Made by a program: the position numbers and the translations under genes. A stretch of 64,000 nt of DNA, from positions 3,562,722-3,626,721 of the forward strand of contig CAVNZM010000013.1 in NCBI GenBank assembly GCA_963693365.1, written 5' to 3'. Position 1 is the first letter of the stretch. Each line of letters opens with the position of its first letter. Source of the DNA: Amoebidium appalachense. Taxonomy: Eukaryota; Protista; Ichthyosporea. A model generated the notes under the pieces. It was not told the origin of the DNA and made no database searches. It worked only from the letters and a program-made list of their open reading frames with translations. This document shows positions 1-12,413 of this stretch, in pieces.

Positions 1-350
1 CGTTGCCTTTTCACGTTCATGAACCAGCGACTGTGGGCACTACTTTTGCTGTTAGCACTATAGCTATCATCCCCTCCCCCAGTCGTTCAAGCTATTTTCT
101 GCTTCTCTAGACTTCATAAGTTCTGGTCCGGGTTTCCGTCCTTACTAAGTTTGAGGTTGGTTCTGTCGACTCTTTTTTTGCCCTCCGCAGGTCGCGCAGC
201 CACCGTGCTGAATGGTTTCGACCATGCTGCATGCTGCAGCTTCTTCGCCTAACGGCTGAAAGGCCGTTTGAAGGTTAGTTTTGTGTTGCCTGCTTTTGTG
301 CATGTGGCGTTTGTCTGTCTGGTCTGTGTACTGTGTCTGTGTGCGTGTGT

Positions 351-386
<36 letters not shown>

Positions 387-1941
387 GCGTGTGCCTGCTG
401 GCTGCAGATGCACGTTGCCTTTTCACGTTCATGAACCAGCGACTGTGGGCACTACTTTTGCTGTTAGCACTATAGCTATCATCCCCTCCACCAGTCGTTC
501 AAGCTATTTTCTGCTTCTCTAGACTTCATAAGTTCTGGTCCGGGTTTCCGTCCTTACTATGTTTGAGGTTTGTTCTGTCGTTTTTTGCCACTCTAGAGGT
601 GGGTACAGGCTCTTTGTCCTATGGCTGCTGTTGTTTCCGTTTTTCGTTTCTGTGTTGCCCCAGCCCAGCCTGTTGTGCTTGTGTGGTAGTTTTCTTTTTC
701 TTTTTTCTTCTTTTTTTCTTCTTTTTTTGTCATGATTCTTTTTGGTATTTTTTGTTTGCATAAGAGTAATGTTGATACGAGATGCGAGATAAAGTAGATA
801 GTAGAGAACGGATGCCACCTGGGGTGGTATGTTAGTTGTGTTGTTAACTTGTGTGCTGTAGGATGCCACCTGGGGTGGTATATTAGTTGTGTTGTTTACT
901 TGTGTGCTTGATGCCACTATCCAACCGAAGTTAATAAAGTGACCATACGGAACACGTATGGATGTCGACATGGTGCAATACATTGGCAATTTATTGACAA
1001 TGATCATGGGGCTGTGCTTACCGTACCGTGATGATATTGCCAATATATTGAGCATGTGATTGAGGTATCAATAAAGTTATTATTAATACAATGGCAATGT
1101 TCGTCATACGTATTATTCTTAGATATAAGACGTTACTCCGATATGCCTTTCATATTATAAGCGCACTTATACTGTACTTTGCATGCATTCGTTCCCATTA
1201 TCAATTTATTGGCAATGTATTTGGATAATATAGTGTGATATTTATAATATATATGTAATGCATTATCAACACTTATATCTTTATGGTGGTGGTATCATTC
1301 GTATGTTGGCAATATATGCTTGATATGGAACATACTTACATATTTCTTATTTGTAATGTGTTGGGAGTGTATTAATCATACCTCTGTTTATGTCATCAAT
1401 ATACTCACGATATATGAGCAACCTATCGGCGATACCGCATTTATATATTGATTATAGTTGGATCATATGTTGGCAATACATTGTTTATATGTTTCTTGAT
1501 ATTTAAATCTTTGTATTTCTATGAATTACATAGTGGCAATACATTAATAATGCGTTCATAGTGCAACTACAATGCGAAAATACAGTATTATCCATATCAT
1601 TATCTGTATTTTTGATATTATTTGGTTGTTATTGTAATATCGCCCGGGTATAATTGATATTGGCAATACGTCTATAATGCTAGCGCAATAGTAATGCAAT
1701 GGCAATGTAATGGCACTCTAATGTATTGGCGATATTGATGTAACATATACTGGATAATATATTCATATCAGCGGGATATCGACAATAGAGGGTATTGGTA
1801 CTGTATTACCATTGACAATACCAAAGCAATGTTATTGCAATATGGCGTTCCTATTGGCGGCAAGGGGTTCTATTGCCAATATCGCCAATAGCGCCAATAG
1901 CAAAAAATACGTTGGCAATACTTCCGGGAAGTTTGCTGATG
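1..1941 (+). mobile_element. Right arm of a non-autonomous TIR element (CACTA/EnSpm-like, tentative)
   Basis: Ends in TTGGCAATACTTCCGGGAAGTTTGCTGATG (1912-1941), the reverse complement of the terminus at 30625-30654 (28/30 match). Many subterminal TTGGCAATA/TATTGCCAA motifs. About 200-1120 recurs collinearly at ~39820-40410 and ~43400-43727. An internal ~145-bp block is duplicated (1-146 vs 412-558). Confidence 0.55.
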
Positions 1942-2824
1942 GTGTACATGAATATCTTATGTTGTAACTGTGCTATCGTGTTCATGTTTGTTGTTCTGTG
2001 TTCCTCTCTTTTTCTCTCTTCTCTTCTTCTCTTCTCTTTCCTCCTTTTCCCTGGTGTTCATATGTGTGATCACTGTTCTTTCTCACTAATATACGTTGAG
2101 TCAATTCGTGTGAAGTAGATGTGTTTTGATTGGAAGAAAAACACATAGGCTACACCATGTACTATTACAGTGTGTCAATAGTTTATTCAACTATGTTTGT
2201 TTTGCGAATTGCCGCGGTCTAACCAATCACTAGACTAGTCATAACGTGTCCCTGCCGTTAACCTCAATAATACTAGTAGGTTAGAAATTAGTGTCAAGGT
2301 TTACAGTTTCTTCGTGACTGTGTTCTTATGCCTTGCCGTGATCTATTGCGAGTGTTGGATCTATTGCTGTAGTGATCAGTCCATTATGATTGGTCTATCC
2401 GATATCTATTCTGATTTCCGACTGGTCGGAAATCACACATAGGTTTGACTTAGTGATTGCAGTTATATAAGCACATCTCAAAATAAATTCAGTTTAGTTG
2501 TGTTTAAACATTGATGTCTGTTCTGTACACTTCTCCGATCGGTTCCGTCTGTGTGTTTGTCTGTGTGTCTGTGGTGTTTTTACACTGCACCACTGCCGTG
2601 TCTCTGCTTCCCCGACATAGTCAGAATACTTATAAAATTTTTCAGTCTCTGCAGGCGCAGGGCAGGACCCCATCAGCTGGAGCAGCCGACCAATAGGATT
2701 AGTATTAGTGTATAGGATACATTTTAGGCGGGACTTAGGAATGCAATAAGTTCGGGCAGATGCCCTGGTAAATATTGGCAAGTTTTGATAGTGTATTCTG
2801 CCAAACGTATATATATATATATAT

Positions 2825-3174
2825 AGGTTTTATTTGTGGAAATTATTGGCATAAATATTTTTCTGGGTAAACACGTAGGATGGGTGTTCGATACCAACAT
2901 AACCATGTAGGCTTCATTTCGTGTTTTAGCAGTTAGCGGTTGGCTGCCCGCACACGGGCACCTATTAGCCAGTCAAAACATCAGATACCACAGATCACTA
3001 GACCGAGTTATGATTGGCTCGGATCAGATTTCACATATCACTAGATCGATTTTTGATTGGCTCAGATCGGTAAGCTTAGGTATATAAGCACGACAGTTTT
3101 TAGCAGATCAGCAAGCTACAAACACATCTTCTGTGTTTAGCATCCACAGCCTTACAGCTATATATTCCTTTTCA
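2825..3174 (+). repeat. Split direct repeat A1 (350 bp)
   Basis: Nearly identical to 13592-13941; related copies start at 29781, 40442, ~42670, ~49522 and, on the minus strand, ~44293. Confidence 0.92.
2990..3090 (+). promoter_or_regulatory. Probable Pol II promoter of the YR retrotransposon
   Basis: Two tandem ~44-bp units each carry GATTGG (reverse CCAAT box), followed by TATATAAG at 3081-3088, ~120 bp upstream of the gag ATG. Conserved in all A copies. Confidence 0.6.
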
Positions 3175-3204
3175 TTCTCCCTATCTTTCCCTACGCCGGT
3201 CAGC

Positions 3205-4374
3205 ATGCCGCCGAAAAAGCGCCAGGCCTCAGCAGCCGCCCCTGCCGCGGCACCTAAGCGCCTGACCCGCAGCGACCTCCGCCACAGGCTGACCAACGCT
3301 CCCGCGGACACTGACGCGCCTCCAGCGGCCCATACCACCACGGACCCGGACCCGCCGGCTACTCTCCCCTCCACTCCTGAAGTCCCCCCTCAGGCCCCGC
3401 CGTCCCCGCAGATGACTTCTCAAGACGCCGTCCTGGCCGCCCTCACCGCCATCAGCACCCAGATGGCTGGCGTCCTGGCTGCTCTCACCAACCGCGACCC
3501 TCCCGCGCCCCCCGCCGCGCCCTCCACACCCGGGGAGGTTTCCCCGGGGCTGCATCTCGGCCCTGACCTAGACCTACCTGCCCTGCCCGCGCCCCCCATC
3601 AGAGGTGAGAACACTGGCGACATTCAGCCGGGCACACTTTCGCTTCCCCCCGCGGATGTGCTGGCAGATTTGCGCGCCAATCGTTTCGTCGACCTGTATA
3701 AGTTCACCCCCGCCGCCCTCCTGGCCCCATCCAAGAAAGGTCAGCATCTGCGCATGGCCGACGACGGCAGCATCGAGACTTTTCGCCAAGACAAACCCGT
3801 TCCCCTGCGTTCACTCGTCATTTGGAGCCAAGCTTGGACCCATTACATGGCCGCCAAGCACCACCTCGGCCTCCCCACGGACAAAGACGTACTTTGGACT
3901 CAGCACATCACTCGCCTCAGCACCCGATACCCGTGGGCCCAGATCCACAACTATGACGTATACGCCCGCACCGTTGCCCACCAGCAGGGTCGGGCTCCGA
4001 TCGAGTGTCCCAACCTGCTCGCCCAACTCCACCAGGATCTCCTCCTGCCACCCACTCTGCTCACCCCGGACGCATGTCAGCGCTGTGGCTTCCCCGACCA
4101 CCCCAGCGCGGCCTGCCCCATGTACCCCAAGCCCGGCTGCGGTCTTGACGGCTTTAAGCCGCCCCACAAGCCCGGCGGGGGTCAAACCCCTAACCGCCCT
4201 GGCCCGCAACCCGGCCCGGCAAAACCGGCCCGACCCGTGGATCTCCCCGCGACGCACTGCAGGAATTTCCACATTAAAGGTCGGTCCTGCGCTAAGCAGC
4301 CCTGCCCCTTCTCCCACGTGTGCCCGCTCTGCTCTGGCACACACCCCCGCAAAGACTGCAAGCACAATGCCTAG
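3205..4374 (+). CDS. Gag-like ORF1 of the YR retrotransposon
   Basis: ATG at 3205 (MPPKKRQ, NLS-like), Pro-rich N-terminus, C-terminal zinc fingers CQRCGFPDHPSAAC (CCHC) and CRNFHIKGRSCAKQPCPFSHVCPLCSGTHPRKDC, as in DIRS/Ngaro ORF1. Confidence 0.85.
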   Translation: MPPKKRQASAAAPAAAPKRLTRSDLRHRLTNAPADTDAPPAAHTTTDPDPPATLPSTPEVPPQAPPSPQMTSQDAVLAALTAISTQMAGVLAALTNRDPPAPPAAPSTPGEVSPGLHLGPDLDLPALPAPPIRGENTGDIQPGTLSLPPADVLADLRANRFVDLYKFTPAALLAPSKKGQHLRMADDGSIETFRQDKPVPLRSLVIWSQAWTHYMAAKHHLGLPTDKDVLWTQHITRLSTRYPWAQIHNYDVYARTVAHQQGRAPIECPNLLAQLHQDLLLPPTLLTPDACQRCGFPDHPSAACPMYPKPGCGLDGFKPPHKPGGGQTPNRPGPQPGPAKPARPVDLPATHCRNFHIKGRSCAKQPCPFSHVCPLCSGTHPRKDCKHNA

Positions 4375-4769
4375 TCTACGCGCACACCCACACACACAGC
4401 TCTAGAACATAGGGGTTAGGAGCTAGGACACACGAGTACAGGGAAACGGAGCTCGGGAGAACGGGCCAATAGGGCTGAGTACAAAATTTCGCAGGCCAAC
4501 TACGGCGCCCGCGCGCGTCAAGAATAAATGTCCCTACACAAAGACGTTTATTCTGGCCACTGCACATAATTTTACTCCCCCCCCATCCCACGAGCCTCCC
4601 CCCCCCCTTACACTCACCTGGCACTCCCTCCCCCCCCCCCCTTCTTCTACCTCTGTGTCCGCCCACACCCCCGCGTGCTCGGGCACATTCCCCTGCACAG
4701 GGCCCCGCTGCCCTCCCTGCCAACCCTCACTTGGGCCCAGCTGCCCTACTCTAACCCCCCGGGGCCCTG

Positions 4770-4815
<46 letters not shown>

Positions 4816-4876
4816 CTGCCGGGATCTCCCCAAGGGTACACCACCCTTGCTAACCACCCCTTCCCCCGAGGCTCAG

Positions 4877-5905
4877 ACCCGGAGGCCCGCCCGCTGCCCC
4901 AGCACCACATTGACACCTCCCGCCTCCGGGAACTGCTGGCCTCCTACCCGGACCAACCATTCGCCGCACAACTCCTCCACGATGTCGAATTCGGCGTCGA
5001 CATCGGCTATCGCGGCCCCTCCACCTCTCGGGTGGGCGCCAACCTACCCACCACCCCGGAGGCAGCTGCCGCTATCACGGTGGATATTGCCAAAGAAGTT
5101 GCCCTCGGCCACCTGCGCGGCCCCCTCTCCCCGGCCCAATTCTTTGACGAATTTCCGGTCCACCGTTCCTCCCCCATCGGCGCCGTTACCAAGAAAGGGA
5201 ACCCCCCCAAGTACCGTCGAATCCACCACCTCTCCTGGCCCCGGGGTAGCAGTGTCAATGACAGCATCACCTACCCCGACGAACTTCAGTACATTCGCGC
5301 CCGGGATGTCACCCAACTCATTCTCGACGCAGGCCCCGGCTGCTACATGGCCGTGGCAGATGTGCAGGCTGCCTTCCGGCACATGCCCATCCGACCGGAA
5401 GACCACCACTTAATGGCATTCAAATGGCAAGGGCATTTTTACGTTGAAACCAGACTGCCCTTCGGCCTGAAATCTAGCCCAGCCATCTGGGAACGGATCG
5501 CGGCCACCCTACAGTGGCTGGCACACCAGCACGGTATTACCCTCATCCGCCACTACGTAGACGACTGGATTATAGTCGCCCCCACACAAGAGCAGTGCCA
5601 ACGTCACCTATCCACCTTCCTGCAACTCTGCCGAGAGCTGCACATTGCCATCTCCGAAGACAAGATGCAGGGCCCGGCTACCAGTGTCGTCTTCATCGGT
5701 ATCGAATTCGACTCCATCACCATGGAGGCACGAATCCCGGCTTCCAAGCTCTCGGACCTACTCGACCTCACTTCCCACCCAAAGCCCACCATCACCATTC
5801 GGGACCTCCAGTCCCTCCTCGGCAAACTCACCTGGTGTGCCCAGCTGGTTCCCCCCGGGAGGGCCTTCTCCCAGCGCCTATGGGCCCTTCTCCGGACCCA
5901 CCCAC
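4877..5905 (+). CDS. Reverse transcriptase (DIRS/Ngaro type), 5' part, cut by the copia insertion
   Basis: Motifs SSPIGAVTKK, YRRIHHLS, ADVQAAFRH, LPFGLKSSP, HYVDDW, FIGIEFDS, LQSLLGKL. Frame is open from 4675 but the first in-frame ATG is at 5347; the start given is the inferred splice acceptor. Confidence 0.9.
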
Positions 5906-6670
5906 TGTTGGAGTACACTGGTACTCCCGGCTAGCAATGTCTGTTAGAGAAAGTTTCTGAGCAATTGAATAACTGTTTCAACACTCACTCGAGTGCATAG
6001 AGCTTTTGTTTACGGTCATATTCATATATGGTAGTTATATGTTTGAGCCAAAACTGTACCAATGACGAGCTTCACTAGCAACGTGCTAATTGTGCTCATT
6101 AATTAATATTCCCGGTTCAGATGATGTCATGTCTATATTTGCCACAGGATTCTATTCTTAGAGTGGTAGTGTGCTTTATTCCCGGATATTCTCAGAATAT
6201 TTTTAGTTGTGTGAAGCAAGATTTACGTTTAACTGCAATTGGTGTGTTAAACACGTTTATTTGTGTGCTTTAGTGCAAGTTAACTAGCCACTCAACGTGC
6301 ACAGTTAACTTTTATATCTTTAACGACTTGTTTTCATTGTGCTCTCTTTTCGGCCATGCTGTACATGGCCCACCACCAGGGTGCACACGAGGCCACCATG
6401 AGGTGGCCAACGACTATATAAAGCAGTGCCTCCCATGTCACAAACATGGGAAGCAGAACGTTTGATTTACACTTTTCTACTGTCGTTTCCAGTGCACAAA
6501 ACACATAGACTAGCTACCCATCATACACGACACTATGTCTGACAACTTACAGTTGCAGCAACTAGTCCAACTACTGGAGCAGAGGTTGGCCTCACAAGAT
6601 GCAATCATTTCTGACTTACAGAAGGAACAACGTGCACTAGAACTAGCTTCTATGAACACAATGTCCAACA
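5906..6670 (+). repeat. 5' LTR of copia element
   Basis: TGTTGG...CCAACA termini, TATATAAA at ~6415; only one C/T difference from the 3' LTR noticed by eye (6514 vs 11625). Confidence 0.95.
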
Positions 6671-9600
6671 GGGTTATGGGCCCCTCACGTAATGATTCCA
6701 TCAAGTTCAAGGTCGACATCCCTCTCTTCACTGGCATTGATAATGATTCAGGCACGGACTACCACACATGGGCCGAAACCATGTATGTCCAGCTTTCTGG
6801 TGCTGGTCTTCTCCACACCATCGCGCCCAGTACGGAGCACCCGGCTACCCGTGAACAGGTCGACACTGCCCGTTCCTACCTGTGGCAAGCACTCTCGGTT
6901 GACGTGCGTTGTATCCTAGGGTTAACACGCACCACCACACCTGCGGAGATATGGTCGGCCCTATCTGCCCACTACCTGGAGCAATCTGAGGCCAATCAGT
7001 ACGACCTTATCGGGCTGTACATGAATTCTACGCCTGAACCTACGGACACCGCGACGAAATACGCCATGAAACTCCGCGGCTACGTGCGGCGCCTGGCCGA
7101 TTACGGCACACAAATTGGTGATGCTCAAGTGCTGACCAAGCTCACCAACGACCTCGGCAAGGTGCCTTACTACGAAATGCCTGTAATTGCCTACAAGATG
7201 ACACCCAAGCCTACCGTGATGGGCCTCCTCCAACAGCTACGGGCATATGAGACCAGCCACCCACGTGCACGTGTGACTACCAGCTCCGGGCCGGCCGCCT
7301 TCACCACACGGGCTCCTCAACCTGTCATCTGCCACGGCTGCGGCAAACCAGGTCACATCAAGTCTCAGTGCCCCAACGGCAACGGCCAACACAGCAACTC
7401 TGGCAACAACCGTGCCAGCACCTACCCCAAGGGTTCCTGCGTCAACCACCCACTGTCTACCAGTCACACTACCGCCATGTGCAAGGGGGGCAACCGTGCC
7501 AACGGCCGCAAACCTAAGGGTGGTCCCCTCCCGCCTGGGTCCTGCATCAACCACCCTGCCTCTACTACCCACACTACGGCACAGTGCAAGGGGGGGCTGC
7601 CGCTCCCCGGGCTTTCCTCATGTCTAGCAACGACTGTGGCACCAACAAGGTGCTCCTCGACTCTGGAGCCACTGACCATGTGTGCCCCCGGCCCGATGTG
7701 TTCGTCAACATGCGTGCGGCGCCTTACTCCACGGTCCAAGTAGCCGACAAGGGTGCATGTGCAGTGCTTGGGGTGGGCGACGTGTTCTTTTCCAGCACCA
7801 TCGACGGCGTTACTGCGGTGCATCAGCTGACGGATGTACTCTACGTGCCCTCCATCCCCGACACTCTCATCAGTGTGTTCACGGCATCTACCAACGGCGT
7901 TTTACCCCGCTTTGACACCCGCGGCGGCGTTAAGTTGTGCTACGGCGATCAAATTCTGGCCACCGGCTCGGCTGTCGGCACCAAGCTGTACCACATGGCG
8001 GTGTCTCTTCTGCGCACGGACACAACCCCGGACGCCCAAACCACCACTGCTCCGCGTATCCTCAAGGTTACTGCCGACCTCAACACGTGGCACTACCGTC
8101 TGGGCCATGCTGGCATTGACGCTGTACGCTCGGTCATCAAGTCTGCAGGCCTGTTGGTGGGTGGCGGTGCCAAGTCTCCGGGTGTGTGTGAGCCCTGTGC
8201 CCTCGGCAAAGCCCACCGTGTTGCCTTCTCCGAATCAACCAGCCAAGCTCCCCGGGTCCTAGCCAAGGTTCACAGCGACATCAGCGGCCCCTTCCCTCCC
8301 GCGATCGGTGGTGCTCAGTACTTGGCGACGTTCCACGACGACTTCACCGGCCACACCACGGCCGTGCCCCTCGTCAAGAAGTCGGACACACTGGCTGCAT
8401 ATGTGACGTACCACAAGGCGGCGGTTACCCAACACGGTGTTCCCATGCAGGTGTTTCAGTCCGACGGGGGGGCGAGTACATGGGCACGGCCTTCGGGGAC
8501 TACAACCGTGAGCACGGCATTCGCCATCAGATCACTACCACCGGCTCTCCTCAACAGAATGGGACTGCCGAACGACTGAACCGGACCCTCCTCGACATGG
8601 TTCGGGCACTCCTGCAGCTGTCCGGCCTTCCGGTGGGATTCTGGGCCGAGGCAGCTGTGACCGCGGCTTTTATACGCAACATGCTCCCGTCGCGAGCCAC
8701 CGGCAGCCAATCGTCTCCCGCCCTGCTGTGGACCGGCATTCCTCCCGACTACAGCCGGCTCCGTGTCTGGGGCTCTCCCTGCTACGTCCATCAACAGGAT
8801 ACACCGAAACTGGCGCCTCGTGCCGTCAAGGGCATCTTCGTGGGCTACCCTCCTAACATCAAGGGCTACAAGGTCTGGATTCCAGCAGCACACAAGATGA
8901 CCGTCAGCCGTGACGTGCAGTTCGACGAGGCTGCTATTCTGCACCCCCTCCGTGATGTCCCATCTGATTGGTCGACCGCACCGGCAATTCATCATTTTTT
9001 GGAGTCATCTGATTCGTCAAATCAGCCAGCCAATCACATCGTCCGGAATGATCAGCAATCTGATTCGTCTCGTCTGTCAGCCAATGGGACAGCGCCGAGT
9101 GATCAATTGGACATTCCGATCCTGCCCGAGCCTGCACATCGGCTCCCCCGGACGACCCGTAGTGGCGCTGTGTACAACGACCCACGTCGAGGCCCGACTG
9201 CCAACGTGGCTGCTGCTACGGCCCCCCTTGCCTCCCAGGCTACGGCTCCTGCATCAACACCCATCAAGGCTTCCACCATTGTTGTCCCCAAGACTGTCCG
9301 GGCTGCACTCAAGAGTCCCCAGCGTCTGAAATGGGAGGAGGCTGCACACCGTGAGCTCAAGGCCCTGGAAGACAACGGCACCTTCACCCTTGTGCCCCGT
9401 CCAGAGGATGGCTCCACTGTCATTCCGGTCGGCTGGGTCTTTACGGTCAAGCAGGACAACGTCGGCAACGTCACTGCTTTCAAGGCCCGGCTTGTGGCCC
9501 GGGGCAACTACCAGCAGCCTGGCCAGGACTATTTCGTCACCGAGTCACCTGTGGCTGCGCTGGCTACCATCCGGCTGGTTTTGGCTACCTCCGTGGCCCA

Positions 9601-10831
9601 AGGTCTGCCTCTGCGCCACATCGACGTCAACACAGCATTCCTCAACGGCACCGTCAACGAGACCATCTACATTGAGCAGCCCCCTGGCTTCGTCAACCCC
9701 TCGGCCCCCCATGCTGTCGGCTTGCTCCACAAGGCGCTCTACGGCCTAAAACAGGCACCGCGCCAGTGGTATGAGGCCCTCCGTGACCATCTCCTCGACC
9801 AAGGCTTCATTGTGAGTGCTGCTGACCCGTGCCTGTTCATCAAGAATGCCGGGACCCCAACGTTTATTGCCCTTGCTGCCTACGTGGATGACTTCACCGT
9901 GACGGCCGCCACTGATGCGCTCATCGACGATTTTTTCACCAAGCTGGATGCTCGTTTCTCTGCCAAGGACCTGGGTCGTCCTACCCTGCTCATCGGGCAC
10001 ACTCTTACCTGGCTGGAGGACGGGTCTCTGCGTCTGGGCCATCGTCAACACATCATCGACTTGGCTGCCCGTTTTCGTCTCACCCACATGTCCGGCACCA
10101 AGACCCCCATCGTCCCGGGCCAGGCCAGTGAAAGCAACAAGACCCCAGCCCACAGCAAGAAGGAGGACTATGCCAGCCTGGTCGGTGCCCTGCTGTGGAT
10201 TGCGCGTACCACCCGCCCCGACATTTCCCAGGCTCTGGGAGTCCTTACTCGACACATTCATGCGCCCACCGTCACCCACTGGACTATGGCTACCAGAGTT
10301 GTAAGCTACCTGCTGGCCACCATCGACCTGGGTATTGTCTACCGTCCCGGCCCCCCCACCCTTGTTGGCTACTCCGACTCCGACTACGCCGAGGACCGCG
10401 ACACCCGGCGCTCCACCACGGGCTATGTCTTCTTCATCAACTCCTCCCCTGTGTCCTGGGTGTCTCGGCTCCAGTCCATCACCACCCACAGCTCCACTGA
10501 GGCTGAATTTGTGGCCATGTCTGCTGCTACGAACGAGGCCATATGGCTCAACTATGTGATGGACGACCTGGGCCTTAATCCTATCGATGAGCCCACCCCG
10601 GTGCCCATCCATGGGGACAATGAGTCTGCCCGGGCCCTGCTGGACACCCTGGGGGTTAAGCCCAAGACCAAGCACATCGACGTCCGCTACTGCTCCGTCA
10701 AGGAACATCACCTGCTGGGCAACATCACTGTGGTCCCGGTGGCTTCTGCTGACAACAAGGCCGACATGTTCACCAAGGCCCTGTCTGCCTCTTTCTTCAC
10801 CAAGGCCGTGGGGATGCTCAACATGTGCTGA
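6535..10831 (+). CDS. Copia gag-pol polyprotein, with two single-G frameshifts at G7 runs (7590-7596, 8466-8472)
   Basis: CCHC knuckle CHGCGKPGHIKSQC; protease LLDSGATDH; GAG-pre-integrase WHYRLGH...CEPC; integrase HSDISGP, SDGG(G)EY, PQQNGTAER; RT KARLVARG, LYGLKQAPR, YVDD; RNase H YSDSDYA, SSTEAE, KHIDVRY. Confidence 0.92.
6672..6683 (+). other. Primer-binding site GGTTATGGGCCC (half-molecule initiator tRNA-Met type)
   Basis: Directly follows the LTR; matches the internal tRNAiMet-complementary PBS of Drosophila copia-type (Hemivirus) elements. Confidence 0.85.
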
Positions 10832-11016
10832 GCACCCGTCATCAACCAACTGCGCCCTCATACTTCAGGGGGGGGAGAGAGTTGCATCCGACTGTGCAAC
10901 TACGTGTACCATACTAAAATTGAGTAGGGGAATCTTTATTGTCTGTATTTTGTGCACCTGAAGCACTCGAGCTCAGTTGCATTAATTCATACCACAATTA
11001 TCCAATTGAGTAGGGG

Positions 11017-11781
11017 TGTTGGAGTACACTGGTACTCCCGGCTAGCAATGTCTGTTAGAGAAAGTTTCTGAGCAATTGAATAACTGTTTCAACACTCACT
11101 CGAGTGCATAGAGCTTTTGTTTACGGTCATATTCATATATGGTAGTTATATGTTTGAGCCAAAACTGTACCAATGACGAGCTTCACTAGCAACGTGCTAA
11201 TTGTGCTCATTAATTAATATTCCCGGTTCAGATGATGTCATGTCTATATTTGCCACAGGATTCTATTCTTAGAGTGGTAGTGTGCTTTATTCCCGGATAT
11301 TCTCAGAATATTTTTAGTTGTGTGAAGCAAGATTTACGTTTAACTGCAATTGGTGTGTTAAACACGTTTATTTGTGTGCTTTAGTGCAAGTTAACTAGCC
11401 ACTCAACGTGCACAGTTAACTTTTATATCTTTAACGACTTGTTTTCATTGTGCTCTCTTTTCGGCCATGCTGTACATGGCCCACCACCAGGGTGCACACG
11501 AGGCCACCATGAGGTGGCCAACGACTATATAAAGCAGTGCCTCCCATGTCACAAACATGGGAAGCAGAACGTTTGATTTACACTTTTCTACTGTCGTTTC
11601 CAGTGCACAAAACACATAGACTAGTTACCCATCATACACGACACTATGTCTGACAACTTACAGTTGCAGCAACTAGTCCAACTACTGGAGCAGAGGTTGG
11701 CCTCACAAGATGCAATCATTTCTGACTTACAGAAGGAACAACGTGCACTAGAACTAGCTTCTATGAACACAATGTCCAACA
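11017..11781 (+). repeat. 3' LTR of copia element
   Basis: Direct repeat of 5906-6670, preceded by the polypurine tract GAGTAGGGG (11008-11016). Confidence 0.95.
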
Positions 11782-11786
11782 CCCAC

Positions 11787-12376
11787 ACCTTGCCGGCCAC
11801 CACCACATACGACTGACTGCTGCCGCCCGGGCCGACATAGCCGAATGGCACCAGTTCCTCACATCATGGAATGGGGTGCACCTCATCACACCCCCCACAT
11901 ACACCACCCTGGCCACTGATGCTGCCGGATCGGTGGGTCTAGGAGGCCACTGGCTCGACCAATGGTTCTTCATGCCCTGGTCCCCCTCCACCCAAGCCCT
12001 CTATGCTCATGAGGGTAAACTCGGTTCTTCCGTCATTGACCTCCTGGCCATCGCAGCCGCCGTGGCCCTCTGGGCCCCCTCCTGGTCCACCCACCATGTC
12101 CGTATTTTATGCGACAACACGGGTGCTGTGTCTGACCTACACTCCCGGTCTTCCCCCCACCCCGTGATGGCCAAACTTATTCGGTTCATCACCCGCATGG
12201 AAATGCAATACCAATTTACGTTACAGGCATCCTACCTACCAGGACCCCTCAACCATCTGGCCGATGCCATTTCTCGTAACCAACTTCCCCGGGCCCGACG
12301 ACTCCGACCTTCCCTGCAACCGGAGCCCTGCCCCTTCCCCTCCTGGGTCCACGAGTTCCTATCCCTTCCCTTGGGC

Positions 12377-12379
<3 letters not shown>
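11787..12379 (+). CDS. RT connection/RNase H of the YR retrotransposon (continuation after the copia element)
   Basis: TDAAGSVGLGG, IDLLAI, CDNTGAV, YLPGPLNHLADAISR; contiguous with RT in the uninterrupted copy 47698-49347. Confidence 0.9.
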
Positions 12380-12411
<32 letters not shown>

Positions 12412-12413
12412 AG

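Larger units (their letters stand above)
5906..11781 (+). mobile_element. Ty1/copia LTR retrotransposon, full length and very recent
   Basis: 765-bp LTRs TG...CA (5906-6670, 11017-11781), 5-bp TSD CCCAC (5901-5905, 11782-11786), PBS, PPT, and domain order gag-PR-IN-RT-RH. Confidence 0.97.

Noticed and set aside
1942-2810. Promoter/LTR-like segment (GATTGG boxes, TATATAAG, AATAAA)
   Set aside because: No defined termini or second copy to support a call.
3605-4405. 266-codon frame overlapping gag, and similar shadow ORFs over RT, YR and copia pol
   Set aside because: Expected from GC-rich codon bias; S/P/T/R-rich with no domain; its GTG start is the inferred splice donor.
4430-4500. Hammerhead ribozyme in the gag-RT spacer (GAAAC and CTGAG motifs)
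   Set aside because: No CUGANGA core and no compatible three-stem arrangement.
4372-4675. Stop-codon readthrough from gag into RT (same frame in copy 1)
   Set aside because: Another in-frame stop lies at 4417-4419, and spacer indels differ between copies.
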